A stretch of DNA of 64,000 bases, from positions 75,394,001 through 75,458,000 of the forward strand of contig NC_087436.1 of NCBI RefSeq assembly GCF_036321535.1, written 5' to 3'. Numbering within the stretch: position 1 is the first letter of the stretch; every line of letters begins with the position of its first letter. The notes under the pieces were generated by a model that did no database searches, was not told the DNA's origin, and was given only the letters and a program-made list of their open reading frames with translations. Source of the DNA: Camelus dromedarius. Lineage: Eukaryota. The translations under genes and the position numbers were made by a program. Positions 63,845 through 64,000 of the stretch are shown here, piece by piece.

Positions 63845-64000
63845 AGATTCAGTATGGATTCAGTATGCTGGTAGGTGGGAAATTGGAAAAAAATTTCTGA
63901 GACCTTTCTACACTGAGCCCTGCTTAAAATTCTCTGCTTATGACTATTACTTTCCTTTCCAGTTTGTTGAGAAATATCAGTTTCATCCATTTATGTTTAT

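Noticed and set aside
1..64000. AP-1 (TGASTCA) enrichment; CRISPR arrays or prokaryotic systems
   Set aside because: About a dozen scattered AP-1 sites is near chance for 64 kb; no regularly spaced repeat-spacer array or operon-like structure, and the DNA is mammalian

Overview
Mammalian genomic DNA, very probably a camelid: it has a tRNA-Ala(AGC)-derived Vic-1-type SINE and cetartiodactyl-type L1 3' ends, and I saw no ruminant, pig or primate SINEs. I recognise no host protein-coding exon, RNA gene or CpG island. The ORF track is chance ORFs or ORFs inside repeats. The window reads as a long intron or intergenic stretch, and the visibly T/G-rich + strand hints at a + strand host gene. It is filled with interspersed repeats: MIR, L2, L3/CR1, old and younger L1 fragments, MaLR/ERVL/ERV1 solo LTRs, hAT and Tigger DNA transposons, and microsatellites. 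Many insertions are nested, several with visible target-site duplications (TSDs). The most notable element is a ~1.2 kb Mutator/MULE (Ricksha-like) DNA transposon at ~62631-63844, with terminal inverted repeats (TIRs) and a readable fossil FLYWCH + DDE transposase. Also notable are a MER41-like ERV1 LTR with an internal fossil PPT/LTR start and a GAS motif, and a few candidate exons with good splice signals. Repeat family names come from recalled consensus sequences, and most boundaries are approximate. I found no convincing novel biological system.
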